A DNA stretch of 64,000 bases from Octopus sinensis (taxonomy: Eukaryota). A program made the translations under genes and the position numbers. The stretch is from positions 28,892,001 to 28,956,000 of the forward strand of contig NC_042998.1 of the NCBI RefSeq assembly GCF_006345805.1. Direction: 5' to 3'. Of this stretch, positions 35,701 to 49,111 are shown piece by piece. How positions within the stretch are numbered: the first letter of the stretch is position 1; each line of letters starts with the position of its first letter. The notes below the pieces were generated by a model. That model made no database searches. It saw only the letters and a list, made by a program, of their open reading frames with translations, and was not told where the DNA came from.

Positions 35701-36672
35701 ACACACACACAGATAAATATAAATACATGTAAACATGTACGCACATAGACACTGATTCACACGCACACACACACACACACACACACGCACATCTATATTC
35801 TTAGAAGGAACATTTCCTGAAGCTTTTGTGTGGATCTCCAGTTTTGCGTAGTTATCCAACTAAACACGTCTTTGCACTTAACAGATTATATTTATTTTCT
35901 TCAATCACTGCCTGATATTTTTTTCTATTAGATAGGATGTACGTTGTTGTGTAAGGTATTAACTATTTCATACTTTTCTTCTTTCCATTGTCTTATATCT
36001 ATCTTTATTTTCATGTTTATCTGTCTTAGCAATGGCTTTTTTATTCTTTTCACTGTTTGATTTTTCATCTTCTCTTTCTCTGACCATGTTTTCATATATA
36101 TTTCACACATGGTTTTTGGCATTAGGAAAAGAAAAAAAAATTCGTGTGTGTGTGTCTTATACCACACAGTTTTCCGCAAAAGTTTGAATATATATAAGCA
36201 TGTCTTCTGTAGTATTTGATTAACAGCTGCTCAGAAAGTAAATCTTTGTAACAATGTGTAAGAGATTATAAAACACAAGCATTGTATATACTTTGATACA
36301 TACAAGACAATTGTTAATATAAATGCAGGAATTAATATTAATTACAATATAGAATGAATCACATAGCATAATATTTGAATATAAGAAATGCTGTTACCCA
36401 TTTTTTATTGTAAATCATTGTATTATATGTTTCAACAATGTGTGTATATTTTTCCAATCATTCGCCATGGTGGACTGCTGAAATCTACAAGTTTCTTTCA
36501 TTCTCTCTCTGTTTATTTTATCTTATTCCTTTCTGTTGAAGAGCATAGACTCGAAACATAAAAGACTTTTCCATTTTCTCAAACTAATACACTTGCTTGT
36601 TGTTCATACACCTGTCTTCGTCTTTTGTTTTTCTATAAATTTCAACTCTCTCTCTCTCTCTCTCTCTCTCTA

Positions 36673-36717
<45 letters not shown>

Positions 36718-36887
36718 CTAAAAATGTCCCTCTGTCTTATCTCATGGTGCGATATGAACATTTAACGTGGTTTTTAGAGTCAGGGATTTGACTGCTATTT
36801 CGGCATGGTGGTGTCTCTCAGACACCCTTATTTTTAGTTGTAAAAAATTATTACCTTTGTATGGTATTTTTCCCATGCTGGCCACTT

Positions 36888-36919
36888 GATAATATCGATA
36901 TTTAAATATCGATATTATC
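36888..36919. repeat. Perfect 32-bp palindrome containing two TATCGATA motifs
   Basis: GATAATATCGATATTT|AAATATCGATATTATC. Confidence 0.9.
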
Positions 36920-36931
36920 CTTATTTATAAA

Positions 36932-36979
<48 letters not shown>

Positions 36980-37392
36980 TTTTGTCTTTTTGTCCTTTAC
37001 TTTTTCTGGCATTTGACTGTGACCATACTAGGGCACAGTCTTGATGGTCTCTGGTGGACTAATCAACCTCGGTACTCATTTTTAAGCCAAGTACCTATTA
37101 TATTGGTCTCTTTTGCTGAAATACATAGTTACAGGATGTGAACAAACCAACACCTGTTGTCAAGCAGTAATGTGGGACAAACACACACACAAGTACACAA
37201 CCAGGATCTTTCAGATACCATTTACTTTCAGATTCCATTTACTTTCACAACATGGTTCATTCAGATTCCATTTCCATTTATAAATCCAAGGATTTGGTCA
37301 GTCTGGGGCCATGGCTTAATGTGTCATCATACAGTGAGACTGAACCTGGAATGATGTGGTTGGGAAGCAAGCTTCTTATTTCTTTATTGCCC

Positions 37393-37615
37393 ATTGCCCA
37401 CAAGGGGCTAAACATAGAGGGGATAAACAAGGACAGACAAAGGGATTAACACGATTAGATCAACCCCAGTGTGTATCTGGTACTTAATTTATCGACCCGG
37501 AAATGATGAAATGCAAAGTCGACCTCGGCAGAATTTGAACTCAGAACGTAATGGCAGATGAAATACTGCTAAGCATTTTGCCCGGCGTGCTAAGGTTTCT
37601 GCCATCTCGCCACCT
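37393..37615 (-). mobile_element. Family A SINE
   Basis: Reverse full-length copy, inserted in or next to a degenerate B/C copy (about 36995-37640). Confidence 0.85.
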
Positions 37616-37691
37616 TCTCACCACACAGCCACACCTGCAACAATATCAAATATTGTAATTTGCTGCAATTTTGTAGTCAAAATAAATGAAT

Positions 37692-38105
37692 AGGTGCAGG
37701 AGTGGTTGTGTGGTAAGTAGCTTGCTTACCAACCACATGGCTCCAGGTTCAGTTCCCACTGCATGGCACCTTTGGCAAGTGTCTTCTACTATAGCCTCGG
37801 GCTGACCAAAGCCTTCTGAGTGGATTTGGTAGACAGAAACTGAAAGAAGCCCGTTGTATATATGTATGTGTATATATATATGTGTGTGTGTGTGTGTATG
37901 TGTGTTTGTGTGTCTGTGTTTATCCCCCAACATCTCTTGACAGGCGATGATGGTGTGTTTACGTCCCCACAACTTTGCGGTTTGGTAAAAGAGACTGATA
38001 TAATAAGTACTAAGCTTACAAAGAATAAGTCCTTTGGTCGATTTGCTCGACTAAAGGCGATGCTCCAGCATGGCTGCAGTCAAATGACTGAAACAAGTAA
38101 AAGAA
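37692..38105 (+). mobile_element. Family B/C SINE, full length
   Basis: Head, microsatellite and tail present. Confidence 0.9.
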
Positions 38106-38681
38106 TGAAAAAGAGAACTGAATAAACGAACTGAATGAATGACTGGATAAGAAGCACAAATCTGTTGTCTTGGACATCTCTCCAACAGGTTTAGTAAGAT
38201 CTGTCTTACAATAGCTTCTCATTACCTTCCCATAGTTTGTACAAAGTTTAGAAATATGGAGAAACACATTCGATGCGGTGAAAGCTTAAGCCATAATTGA
38301 ACTATGATCTTAATATCCCAGTTGGATATCCACTCAGCGCTAATATTATCAATATATTAATGATATTACTATCTCATCATCGTTATTATTGTTGTCAGCA
38401 ATGTCACCATCGTCGTTTCATTATTATCAATTACATTACAATGCAGATAATTACGATACAGGTAATGTTATTGTTAATGATTTGTATTCATGTGTTTCAT
38501 TGTGTTTGTTTTTGTGTGTGTTTTGTTTGGAGGTTTGTTGTGTGTGAATGTGTATGAGAATTATGAATGGCATAAATGAATATAGAAAAGAAGATCCAAG
38601 GCTAATTCTAATTCTAGTCTTCAGAAACAGTTATAGCATCAATGAGGCCTGATTTTCCCTGTTGATATTTCTAGTTTTTAA

Positions 38682-39096
38682 GGCGGCGAGCTGGTAGACA
38701 CATTAGCACGCCGGGCGAAATGCTTAGCGGTATTTCGTCTGCCGCTACATTCTGAGTTCAAATTCCACCGAGGTCGACTTTGCCTTTCATCCTTTCGGGG
38801 TCGATTAAATAAGTACCAGTTACGCACTGGAGTTGATATAATCAACTAAATCCGTTTGTCTGTCCTTGTTTGTCCTCTCTGTGTTTAGCCCCTTGTGGGT
38901 AGTAAAGAAATAGGTATTTCGTCTGCCGGTGCATTCTGAGTTCAAATTCCGCCGAGGTCAACTTTGCCTTTCATCCTTTCAGGGTTGATTAAATAAGTAC
39001 CAGTTACACACTGGGGTTGATATAATCAACTTAATCCATTTGTCTGTCCTTGTTTGTCCCCTCTGTGTTTACCCCCTTGTGGGTTGTAAAGAAATA
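38682..39096 (+). mobile_element. Family A SINE, one head plus two tandem bodies
   Basis: Junction AAAGAAATA|GGTATTTCGTCTGCC at 38912/38913. Confidence 0.9.
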
Positions 39097-39454
39097 GATT
39101 TTTTCTAGTATTTACTCCAGGTTGTTTCAAGTTCTATATTATCCAGCGTGTCAATTTTTTTCTGTCTTTCTTTGTCTGTTTTTTCCATGGTGGTAAGTTT
39201 GGGATTTTGAAAGTGATTTGGTTGCTATTTCCAGTAGGCCAAGTACCACTGAGGATTTGTCTCTTTTGCTGGATTTTTTTTCTACAAATGCTTTAACCAT
39301 ATTTATTTATATAGTGGAACTCAAAAATTCTTTATTTATATGGTTTAACAATATCTATTTTTATGGAAAATCTTAAAAATTCTTTGAGAATAACTGGTTT
39401 TGCTGAATTATTTGAACATTGGACCAAATATCTTTTAATAGCTATTCCAGCTCT

Positions 39455-39895
39455 TTAACCCTTTCATTACTGTATTTATTTTGAGATGCTCTGTGTTGCT
39501 TTCAGTTAATTTTAAATATAACAAAGAATCTAGTAAAATAACTTAGTTATCATTCAGCTAGCGTTAGGAGCAGAAATTGTGACTAAGGTTTGGTAGAAGA
39601 TTTTAATTCAAAACTTATGTAAACACGACATTTGTATTACAGAGCCAGAGGCAGTTTCAGGTGGGTTGGTAATGAAAGGGTTAAATTAATCATTTGTTAA
39701 CTCTTTTGTTACCGTATTTCTGCTGAGATGCCTTGTGTTTCCTTCAATTAATTCTAAATAAAACAAAGAATTTAGTAAAATAACTTAGTTATCATTAAGC
39801 TTCTGTTAGGAACATAAATTGTGACTAAAGTTTGGTGGAAGATTTAAATTCAGAACCAGAGGCAGTTTCAGCCGGGCTGGTATCAAAAGGGTTAA
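39455..39895 (-). mobile_element. Same TTAA MITE dimer as 14238-14711, inverted
   Basis: Spacer ATTAATCATTTG (39685-39696) is the exact reverse complement of the 14469-14480 spacer. Confidence 0.85.
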
Positions 39896-40381
39896 ATTCT
39901 AAACAGATGAAAAAAATACAAGAAATATTACAGAGGTTTTTGAATCATCTCTTTCAATAAAAAACTTTCGTCTGCTTTGTATATATTCATTTTCTGATTG
40001 AAGACATTTCACTGGATCTAAATCTCTAAAAATTTCAGGTTAAAACTATTTGGCATCACTGTTTCTCATTTTCCATTTTTAATTCCTTTTCTAAAATTTC
40101 AGTCTGATTTCATTGCCATTTCTTATCAGTTGAGTACTGCATAGAATTTCACTTCTAGTAACTTGAGTCAGATGCATCCTTTCTTCAAAGCTAATTAAAA
40201 GATGCGGTGCTCCAGCTGACAAGAACACAGTAGCTCTTGAGATTTTCGCCCTCATTCACTCTTAAAGTGCAAGAAGGAAGCAGCGAGTACATACATTCAG
40301 GATTCTTATCTTGTTTTATTCTTTGGGGGCCTTGAATTTCCATTTTGATTCTTTCTATGGTTAAACAATATTTGCTTTATA

Positions 40382-40629
40382 TCTTTTCTGTTTTACTTGT
40401 TTCAGCCATTTGACTGTGGCCATGCTGGGGCACTGCCTTCAACAATTGTTTAGTCGAATGAATTGAACTCCGTACTTAAATTTTTTTTAAGCTCAGTATT
40501 TTTTCTATTTGTCCCTTTTGCTGAACCTCTAAGTTGTTACTTGGACATAAGCAAACCAATACCAGTTGTCAAGTGGTTGTGGGAGACAAACACAGTCATA
40601 AAGACACACACACACACATATATATATAT

Positions 40630-40670
<41 letters not shown>

Positions 40671-40820
40671 ACAGGCTTCTTTCAGTTTCTGTCTATCAAA
40701 TCTACTGTCAAAGCTTCAGTCAGCCTGGAGCTATAGCAGAAGACTCTTGCCTAAGGTACTGCATAGTGGGACTGAACCCAGAATCAAATGGTTGGGAAGC
40801 AAGCTTCTTACCACACAACC
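40382..40820 (-). mobile_element. Family B/C SINE, diverged
   Basis: Reverse copy. Confidence 0.8.
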
Positions 40821-41024
40821 ACAAATTTGTAATACAAAACCTATGGGACATGGATTGGTGGAATTGTTAGCGTGTTGAGAAAATACTTTGTGGTAGTTGT
40901 TACATCCCTTTACAGCCAATGTTCAAATGAAGCCGATGTCAACTTTGCCTTTTAATCCCTACATCCAAATCAATAAAATAAAATAACATTGAAATCATCA
41001 TCATCATGAAACGTGCAATTTCCG

Positions 41025-41245
41025 AGCTGGCAGAATTGTTAATACACCGAGTGAAATGCTTAGCGGTTGTTCGTCTGCCGCTACATTCTGAGTTCAAATT
41101 CCGCTGAGGTCAAATTTGCCTTTCATCCTTTCGGGATCGATTAAATAAGTACCAGCTATGCACTGGGGTCAATGTAATTGACTTAATCCGTTTGTCCTTG
41201 TTTGTCCCCTCTGTGTGTAGCCCCTTGTGGGTAGTAAAAAAATAG
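41025..41245 (+). mobile_element. Family A SINE
   Basis: Ends AAAAAAATAGGTAT, the start of a second body unit. Confidence 0.85.
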
Positions 41246-41939
41246 GTATGAGTTGATTGGTTTGATAGGGATTGGCAAGGCCAGGAATCACACAAGGTAC
41301 TATTATCTGTTTTGCCATGGTTCCTGTAGCTGGATCTCCTTCCTAATGTAAACCACTCTACAGAGTGTACTGGGTGCTTATTACCAGTGTCTTTTTACGT
41401 GGCACCAGTACCTGTGCGTTTTACTTATTAAGTATTGAGTCTATTTAATTGTCCAACAATGGTGTCTTCAAGGCTCCTTCAAAGAATGAAATGAGACAAG
41501 AATCCTGAATGTATGTACTCGCTGCTTCCTTCTTGCACTTTAAGAATGAACGAGGGCAAAAATCTCAAGAGCTACTGTGTTCCTGTCAGCTGGAGCAACC
41601 ACATCTTTTAATTAGCTTTGAAGAAAGGATGCATCTGACTCAAGATAGTAGAAGAAATATTTGAAGAAGCACCATGGAAGAAATGGTGGTATTTAAATAA
41701 CCTACCATTTCAGTGAGACAATTTAATCTCTTTTATATACTTGCGGTTCCTGATTGAAGCCAATTCATTTGACATACATCGCTAATGACTTCAGATATAA
41801 CTCATAGACATCATAATTTCTGATTTCCTGTTTCTCTTCTAAACCGTAGATTAAGCCTTGTGTAAAAGACTGCCAATATATCATTACTAGTTAGCGTATG
41901 GTATGAGTTATGCTGCAGCAAAATGGTATCTGATTTAAG

Positions 41940-42800
41940 TTAGTAGAGAAGGTGTGAGATAGGTTGGTGGATGGATAGTGAGGGTGAGCAAGAAAAGGTG
42001 AGTGTAAGGGAGAGAGAGGAGGTGAAGGTGAGGGAGAGAGTGGAGATGTGAATGAGGGAGAGAGAGAAGGTGAGTGCGAGGGAGAGAGACAAGGTTAGGA
42101 TTAGGGAGAGAGAGGAGGTGAGTGTGAGGGAAAGAGAGGAGGTGAGAGTGAGGGTGAGAGAGAAGGTGAGAGTGAGGGAGAGAGAGGTGTCTAAGTGAGA
42201 GAGAGGAGGTAAGGAGAGAGAAGTGAGAGTGAAGGAGTGAGAGGTGTCTAAGGAAGAGAGAGAGAAGTGAGAGTGAGGGAGAGAGAAGTGAGAGTGAAGG
42301 AGAGAGAAGTGTCTAAGGGAGAGAGAGAGAGAATGTGAATGTAAGAGAGGGAGAAGGTGAGTGTGAGGAATAGAGGAGGTGAGTGTGAGGGAGAGAGAGA
42401 AGGTGAGTGCAAGGGAGAGAGAGAAGGTGAGTGTAAGGGTGAGAGAGTCAGTTGGAGAGAAAATGAGAGAAAGTATGTTAGTAAAGAAAAACTGGCAGAG
42501 TCTAAAATGAAAGAGAGAAACAGGTTGTATGAAAGAGGAAGAAGAAGAGAAGCAAGAAGTGTGGAGGAGGGTGGGTGGGTGAATTAATAGAAAATCTAAG
42601 AGGACCATGGAAGGAAAACCAGCGTGAGAAGTTGTGAGTGAGAAGATCAATTAGGGATAATGAGAGAAAGAAGAAGGGAAGTCAGTGTTTGAGAAAGAGA
42701 AAAATTAAGAATTATGAGAGAGAGAGAGAGAACTTAAAGGGGAATATGAAAGTAAGAAGAGAGAGAGAGAGAACTAGACAGGTAATGTGAAACTAAGAAG
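41940..42800 (+). repeat. Long degenerate GA/GT-rich purine-skewed repeat
   Basis: Units such as GAGAGAGAAGGTGAGTGTGAGG; source of the 236-aa S/L/T ORF. Confidence 0.9.
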
Positions 42801-42999
42801 ATGAGAGAGAGTGAGATAGTATGGGGGGGGGAGATATTGAATGTTCATTTTTATAATGACTGTTGGAAGGGTTCTTCATTGGAACACTTCAGCCCCAATC
42901 ACTGCTGTTTAAAGATAGAATTCAACAATGTTAACCATCTTTTGTTTCGCTTTTATTTTATGCCTTTAGATATATATATATATTGTATGTATATATATA

Positions 43000-43053
43000 T
43001 ATATATATAATATGTACTTATTTCTTTCTAGCTGCCTACTCCCTTCTCTCTCT

Positions 43054-43091
<38 letters not shown>

Positions 43092-43216
43092 CACTTGTAT
43101 AATACAAATGTGTGTGTAAGTATGTGTACATGTATTTACATATTTATTCATGTATACATACATATATGTGTGTATATATATTTATGTATATATGTACATG
43201 TGTGTGTGTTTATATG

Positions 43217-43265
<49 letters not shown>

Positions 43266-44251
43266 GCATTTATATATACATACATATTTAGGTATATATA
43301 TGTGTGTGTGTTTATATGTATGTATATATATATATATATATATATATGCATTTATAAGTCTTTCCTTGTTTGTTTTGCAAAATAGTGGTTTTGTCTCTAA
43401 TAATATTTTATAATATTTTACTATAAAATTGGATTTAATCCTAAATTGATTTTTTCCCTGTAAATTTGGATTTATTCCCTAATATTTATTATTTATATGC
43501 ATTTATATATACATACATGTACACACACACACATATATATACATGTACATATATATATGTGTGTGTGTGTATTCACTCATATATACATATATACATATAT
43601 ATATACACACACACACTGACAGATGTATGTATATGCTACTGCACATTAAAGGAAGGTGTTTGATATCATAGAACAGTATTTTTCGTTATTATCGTTATCA
43701 TTATTATTATTACTATTATCATCATTATCCAAGGCACACAGAATAGTTATGTAACTATTCATTGGATAAACTGCTCATTGTTCTGATCACCATTCTCCTC
43801 GTAATCACTGTCGTCATCTGTCATCGTAGCTGCTGCAGTTGTCATCATTCATTGTTCGTCATTGCCATCATCGACACTGTCATTGCTTTGTGGTGTGTAA
43901 ACACATGTGACACGTTATGTACATCAGAACTGAAAGCGACTTGATATTTATTTATTTATTTATTTATGTAGTGGTTCGCTTGATATGTTTTTGTCTTGTT
44001 CTTATGTTTGTCGGATTGTGGTTTGTTATATGTCAGGTTATTCCTATGCTAGTGAGTATTACACCATCACCACCACCATTATTATTATTAATATTATTAT
44101 TGTTGTTGTTGTTGTTGTTGTTATCATTGTCGTCGTCATAATCATTATTTCACCTTATATAACTTTATACATATGTATGTATATATATATATATATACGT
44201 TATATATATATATTTTTTTTTTATATACATACATACATACATATATATTAT

Positions 44252-44282
<31 letters not shown>

Positions 44283-44345
44283 CATACATACATATATATA
44301 TATTATATACATACATATATATATACATATTATATACATACATAC

Positions 44346-44394
<49 letters not shown>

Positions 44395-44510
44395 AAATAT
44401 ATATATACATATATATACATACATATATATATATACATACATACATACATGCATACATACATATATATGTATATACATACACACACACATATATATATAT
44501 TTATTTGTTT
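43000..44510. repeat. Microsatellite field: (TA)n, (TACA)n, (TTG)n, (ATT)n
   Basis: Visible directly in the sequence. Confidence 0.95.
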
Positions 44511-45624
44511 TGTGGTACACCTTCCATCAAACCCTTGTTGAGTGATTTAACAGACAGATCTTATATGAACATCATCTCGTTATTTAAATAAGCACGTATA
44601 TTCATACTCGTACACCTAAATTATGTACACATACACACATATATCTAAAGAAATTTATACAATCACATACATACATACATACATATATATACATACACGT
44701 ACATATATAAGGACATGTATACTCACACAAATACACGCACAATTTGTATTCGTATATACGGTGATATCTATTTAGTGAAAGAGATATTTACTTCCCAGCA
44801 GTGCGATATTTAGAAGTTCCCGTCGTCAAGTTTCTATTCAACAGATTACATTACTCACAAGCATTCTTTTTCTCCTTCTCCTAACATGACAGTCATTATA
44901 GCTACAATTGTTGACTTCATCCCTTATACATTCACCATATCTTCTTCCAGAGCCTTGTCTAGTGTTTTGGCATCTTAATTGCAAATGTTTCTGTCTATTG
45001 GGCATGGCATATCAACCAGGATGCACAAAGTCATGCTTGTTACATTCTTTAGCTCTGATGACTGTATTTAGGCTTTATTCAATATGTCTGGCTAATTTCT
45101 TTTCTTTTTATATATATACATCGTCATATTAACGTAGGATTTTCCTTCTTTTCTCTGCAAACACTCTATAGATGATTTGTTCATTTCTGTTTATGCAATG
45201 TGTAATTCGCATTGTGTTTACAGATTCCCCTAAGTAAACATTTGATCTGTGATGTCTCTTTCGTCCTAATGATTATAAGAGAAAGACAGAGGGTATCATT
45301 AACTGATAGCTAATGTTGAATATCTTGCAAGCTCAAAGGCCAATTACCTTTTTCTAATTATTTCTGTAAATGTCAAATACAGTTAAGCTCAAAAGAAAAC
45401 CTTTATGTGGTTGCTCAACTTGTTAGAAACTGGCTAAATCTCATCCAAACCAGACCATAACCAGTAAGAAAGGAAGGACACATAAAATATGTTGTGCTAA
45501 ATAAACTATCTCTGAAAAAAAATGAAAGATACATCATATTAATTTTCAAGGTGTTTTTTAAAGCCACAATGCATTGAATAATGTACTATAATGTTGCAGT
45601 ATACCATCATATTTTTAAAATTAA

Positions 45625-46022
45625 GAAGGGCAGCCAGCTGTAGAAACATTGCCAGATCAAATTGGGGCCTGGTGCAGCCTACTGGCTTTCCAGACCTCAG
45701 TCAAATGGTCCAACCCATGCCAGCATGGAAAACGGATGTTAAACGATAATGATGATGATGAGAGTGGTTTCCGTGCCGGTGGCACGTTAAAAGCACCAAC
45801 CGATCGTGGCCATTTGCCAGACTCCCCTGTCACCTGTGCTGGTGGCGCATAAAAAGCACCCACTACACTCGCGGAGTGGTTGGCGTTAGGTAGGGCATCC
45901 AGCTGTAGAAACACTGCCAGATGAGACTGGAGCCTGGTGCAGCCCCTGGCTTCCCAGACCCCGGTCGAACCATCCAACCCGTGCTAGCGCGGAAAACAGA
46001 CGTTAAACGATGATGATGATGA
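45625..46022 (+). mobile_element. Two head-to-tail family D retroposons
   Basis: Each ends ...CGTTAAACGAT(GAT)n or a close variant, near 45760 and 46022. Confidence 0.85.
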
Positions 46023-46229
46023 TTTAAAAATGGAGATAAGTATATGCTGCATTGCACTTTGATGCAAACGAATACATGTAGTCCAGTGTGGTGCATTAAA
46101 AACACTCTTTTTTTTTTTTACATCATAGCATTCTCCAATTCATTTGAAAAAGATTTATTATGATAAAGAACACTGAAATATGTCTGAGATTTTTGATAAG
46201 AGGATATTCATTTTTATTGTAAACAAGAA

Positions 46230-46560
46230 ATGGTTTTCACTACCACAAGTGACAAACACCAAGATTGTCTGCTCTGGTTTGCTGCTGGATCTGCAACAGT
46301 TTTCTAACTGCTGTTTCTGCATCCAGTCGGCTATCTGTATCTAGTCTGATGTCTACTGTCCACCATCCTCCCATAGTGGATAGGATGTGGTGATCGTGTT
46401 CAGAAAAAGCATGCCAAAGATGAAATTGTTGTTAGATCTAGTTCCACATGAAGTCTTGAATGATCAGGTTTTTTTTTATGACTTTGGTAATATTACAGCA
46501 AATTGTGATTGTATTCTTGTGTTTTTTCTTTTGTTTTTTTTTTCCATCAGATTTAGTGAT
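46230..46560 (-). mobile_element. Possible decayed APE endonuclease region of an RTE-type LINE
   Basis: Cross-frame NLIIQDF / NNFIFGMLF...W.DGGQ*TSD*I / TAVR..PAA weakly resembles RTE APE motifs. Confidence 0.3.
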
Positions 46561-47096
46561 TTGGGTTTGAGTGCTAAATATTCCTAATACAGATTAAAGT
46601 CCATTTGTGAAATCTACATAGAATACGAGTGTTTTGCAAATTAGTGCTTGGAAATGTCACCTATAAAACACTAGCTATTAATAGTATTATGATTGTTTCT
46701 GATTTAGGCACAAAACTAGCAGTTATGAAGAAAGGCTGGCTTAATCAATATCAGAGTAGTATATTATATTGATCTTTAAAGGAAGACAGGCAAAGTTGAC
46801 CTTGGTGAGATTTGAACTCAGAATGTAAAGATCCAGAGTAAATTCTGCAAGGCATTATTTTTGACACTAATGATATCATCAGTTTGCTGCCTGAGGAGTA
46901 GAATCATAATGGACCAATTAACTTCATAAACTAATTTTGATTATCAGTCAAAAGTACCTTGGATTGTAGGGTGATATGCCATGCTTGAGGAGACCCATTG
47001 AGTCAAGTACATCAAAATCAAAGAGAAGTTAGTTTTATCATCCAAAATTGTAAGTCCATGCTGGACAAGGAAAGATTTTTAGCAGAGATATATAAT

Positions 47097-47370
47097 GCGT
47101 GACCTGACTTTTCATTCAATGTCACATTGTCCAACGTCATTTTGTCCATGACTTTTGGTTCGACGTCTTTTTGTCCAATGATTTCTTTTGTTTGACAACT
47201 TTTTGTCCAATTTTAAATAAACTCTTCAGAGAACAAGATGGACATCAGAATCAAATCATTGAGAAATTTATTGATAGGATTTGCTGTGGGATGAAAAAAA
47301 TCATCGGACAAAACGACGTCAGACCAAAAGACGTTTGACGAAGTGACGTCGGATGAAAAGACATAGCACC
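47097..47370. mobile_element. Fold-back MITE with TIRs built from about 15-bp subrepeats
   Basis: TTGTCCAACGTCATT-like units on the left; inverted GGACAAAACGACGTC-like units on the right. Confidence 0.7.
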
Positions 47371-48229
47371 ATAATAATATCATACATATCTGTGCTAGTG
47401 TAAAAGCCTCATTATTACAATTTTAATTAATCGTAATTAAAAGCAACAGCAGCTGTTAGAGTTTGGTTAGTGTTTCTATTAGTTATGCTAATTTCGTGGA
47501 ATTGCCAGTGGCAGCATTCTTATTGTCTGATGCTGATCACTATATTACCAAAGTAAGAGAATAACAAAACACCATATGGAAAATGTGTATAGACACACAT
47601 GTTTTCTATGTGTTTTCAGAAACACACTCAAATGTGTGCACATACTTGAATGCTACTCACGCACACAAATAAACACACACTGATACAAATGTTTGCTCTA
47701 AAAAAACGCTTACGCCTAATCCTCACTAAAAGCATTTAAGCAACATGTTCCATTTTCTTTCTTATAATAATAAATGAAAAATATAATAATAAGTAAATAA
47801 AAAAGTTTACTCACTCACACACACACATACACACACATGCAGGTATATATTTTTTATGACAAAAGTAATCGATGTACGTGTGATCTTTCGTTATTTTTCC
47901 CTCTATATCTACGTGAATTATTTTTGAGTATACATTGTCTGGGAGACTTTTCTTATAGTAGATGAAATAGCTAAAATTCTTTGGCTGCTATTTCTAAAAG
48001 TTCGGTGTGTGGTAAAGTAAATTTTCTTACTGAACCCTATAATGTAATGTTTTAATATATATATATATATATATATAGAACAATCTTACTTAGAAATGGA
48101 TGTGTGCATTCCGTCATATAATAAATTAATAAATAAAATAAAACGTATGCATATATACATACATATACGTACCTACCTACCTCTACATGCATATATACAT
48201 GCATATATACACACACACACACACACACA

Positions 48230-48482
48230 TACAGGGTGTTCAAAAAGTCTCTTCTCCGGAGTGACTTTTTATTTTTTCATCCAAGATGTATTTCAAGACA
48301 TGTGTAGAAGAGTCACCTTATGTATTGAAAATGAAGGACAACACTTTCAACACCTCTTATAAAGTATTTTAAAGTCTTGTAAAGTCTAATATATTCTTTT
48401 TTAGTCTTATACCATCTTATAGATTTTTTTTATTTTGCAATAAAATACTTACTGCGGAGTGACTTTTTGAACACCCTTCATA
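48230..48482 (+). mobile_element. Tc1/mariner-superfamily MITE
   Basis: TA-CAGGGTGTTCAAAAAGTC / GACTTTTTGAACACCCT termini; internal QDVFQDMCRRVTLCIENEGQHFQHLL* resembles a transposase C-terminus. Confidence 0.8.
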
Positions 48483-48590
48483 TATTTCTATATAATATCC
48501 TAAACCAATTTGGTTTAATCATAATAGAATTTATGGCAGGAAATAATTTGATAATCATAAGTAGATTTGCAAAATTATTTAACATATATA

Positions 48591-48754
48591 GACGCAGGAG
48601 TGGCTGTGTGGTAAGTAGCTTGCTTACTGACCACATGGTTCTGGGTTCAGTCCCACTGCATGGCACCTTGGGGAAGTGTCTTCTACTATAGCCTTGAACT
48701 AATCAAACCCTTGTGAGACGGATTTGGTAGATGGAAACTGAAAGAAGCCTGTTG

Positions 48755-48787
<33 letters not shown>

Positions 48788-49003
48788 GTGTGTGTGTGTG
48801 GGTCTGTATTTGTCACCCCAACGTTGCTTGACAACCGATGCTGGTGAATCTTCATCCCCATAACTTAGCGGTTCAGCAAAAGGAATTGATAGAATCAGTA
48901 CTGTATTTACAAAGAATAGGTCCTGGGATCAATTTGCTCGAATAAAGGTGGTGCTCCTGCATGGCTGCAGTCAAATGACTGAAACAAGTAAAAGAATAAA
49001 AGA
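48591..49003 (+). mobile_element. Family B/C SINE
   Basis: Full length. Confidence 0.9.
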
Positions 49004-49056
49004 ATATATAATGAATAAATAAGATACTTCAATTTATAAAATTTTCTATATTTAGG

Positions 49057-49111
<55 letters not shown>

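Larger units (their letters stand above)
40162..41644. repeat. Inverted repeat pair with arms of about 175 bp (40162-40336 and 41467-41644)
   Basis: CTTGAGTCAGATGCATCCTTTCTTCAAAGCTAATTAAAAGATG...GCCTTGAA against its reverse complement; SINEs lie between the arms. Confidence 0.85.

Noticed and set aside
38227-38286. Minus-strand exon candidate AFTASNVFLHISKLCTNYGK ending AAG|GTAATG
   Set aside because: Poor acceptor; cannot be supported without transcripts.
41940-42650. 236-aa S/L/T-rich ORF
   Set aside because: Product of the GA-rich simple repeat.
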